Shown: positions 27,425 through 27,906 of the stretch, one piece after another
Layout of the letters: each line of letters begins with the position of its first letter
Numbering within the stretch: the stretch's first letter is position 1
From: Reclinomonas americana ATCC 50394
Lineage: Eukaryota
Assembly (NCBI GenBank): GCA_048213135.1
Contig: PS015023.1
Location: 174,314-202,219 of the forward strand
Direction: 5' to 3'
DNA length: 27,906 nucleotides
Notes under the pieces: generated by a model
What the model was told of the DNA's origin: nothing
The model's input: the letters and a program-made list of their open reading frames with translations, nothing else
The model's database searches: none
Program-made: the position numbers and the translations under genes

Positions 27425-27906
27425 CTGTGAGGAGAGGGGGGCAGCGGTGGTGAGCGGAACAAGAAGGCGACGAGGCACAGAGCGGGAGACAGGGAGGGGA
27501 GAAGAAAAGAGAAGAGTGCAGAGGAGGGAAGAGAGGAGGAGGAGGAGGAGACACAAGAGAGAAAAGGATTGCGCTGAACAAAGTGCTGTCGGAGAAACAC
27601 AAAGAGGGGGATACCAACAGGGAAGGCAACAGCTGCTGTTGCTGCTCAGCGCACACTCGACCTCTCTCAAGGCCTTCTTCTAAATCGTTCTGGACCCTTT
27701 GCAGTGTCTCTTATCTTGCTGGTGTTTATCTCTTCTCGTTGCTTGCCTGCCATCATGTGTACCTGTGTCGCACTAACTCAAGGCTGTATAGTTCCAGTTT
27801 CGTTTCCGCTCGTTTCCTGAGTAACCCTCAATCGCTTTTCTGTCACCTCTCTCTTCCACTGTGTTTCTCTTTCTCATCTCAGTGTCCGTCAAATCCTTCT
27901 TCTGCT

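Noticed and set aside
27425-27906. Possible upstream exons of the Kelch-U-box gene or a further gene
   Set aside because: Mostly purine/pyrimidine-skewed low-complexity sequence; no exon could be supported.

Overview
Gene-dense, intron-rich DNA from a microbial eukaryote (GC-rich exons, mostly 55-85 nt GT-AG introns, CT/GA/GT microsatellites, one ~943-N scaffold gap). Most ORF-track entries are spurious, so I rebuilt spliced gene models by hand. The window holds 13 protein-coding genes: a candidate Ig-fold transcription factor, an NPEPL1-type M17 aminopeptidase, a conserved unknown protein with a probable intronic box C/D snoRNA, a lipid-anchored Roadblock-like protein, a secreted FG-GAP protein, BRX1, a GNAT, an SLC35F-like transporter, a CMD/AhpD-like protein, a pyruvate carboxylase-like protein, a 5'-truncated MAP2K, a C-terminal PreP/M16C fragment and a Kelch-U-box protein. 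Two observations stand out. (1) About 28 of the roughly 90 introns I could trace use a one-base-shifted donor class (GTTGCG, also GTTGAG/GTTACG/GTTACC), almost only when the last exon base is not G. (2) The pyruvate carboxylase has systematically lost its biotin-carboxylase catalytic residues and acetyl-CoA-binding arginines but keeps intact carboxyltransferase and biotin-carrier domains. All gene models are manual and lack transcript support.
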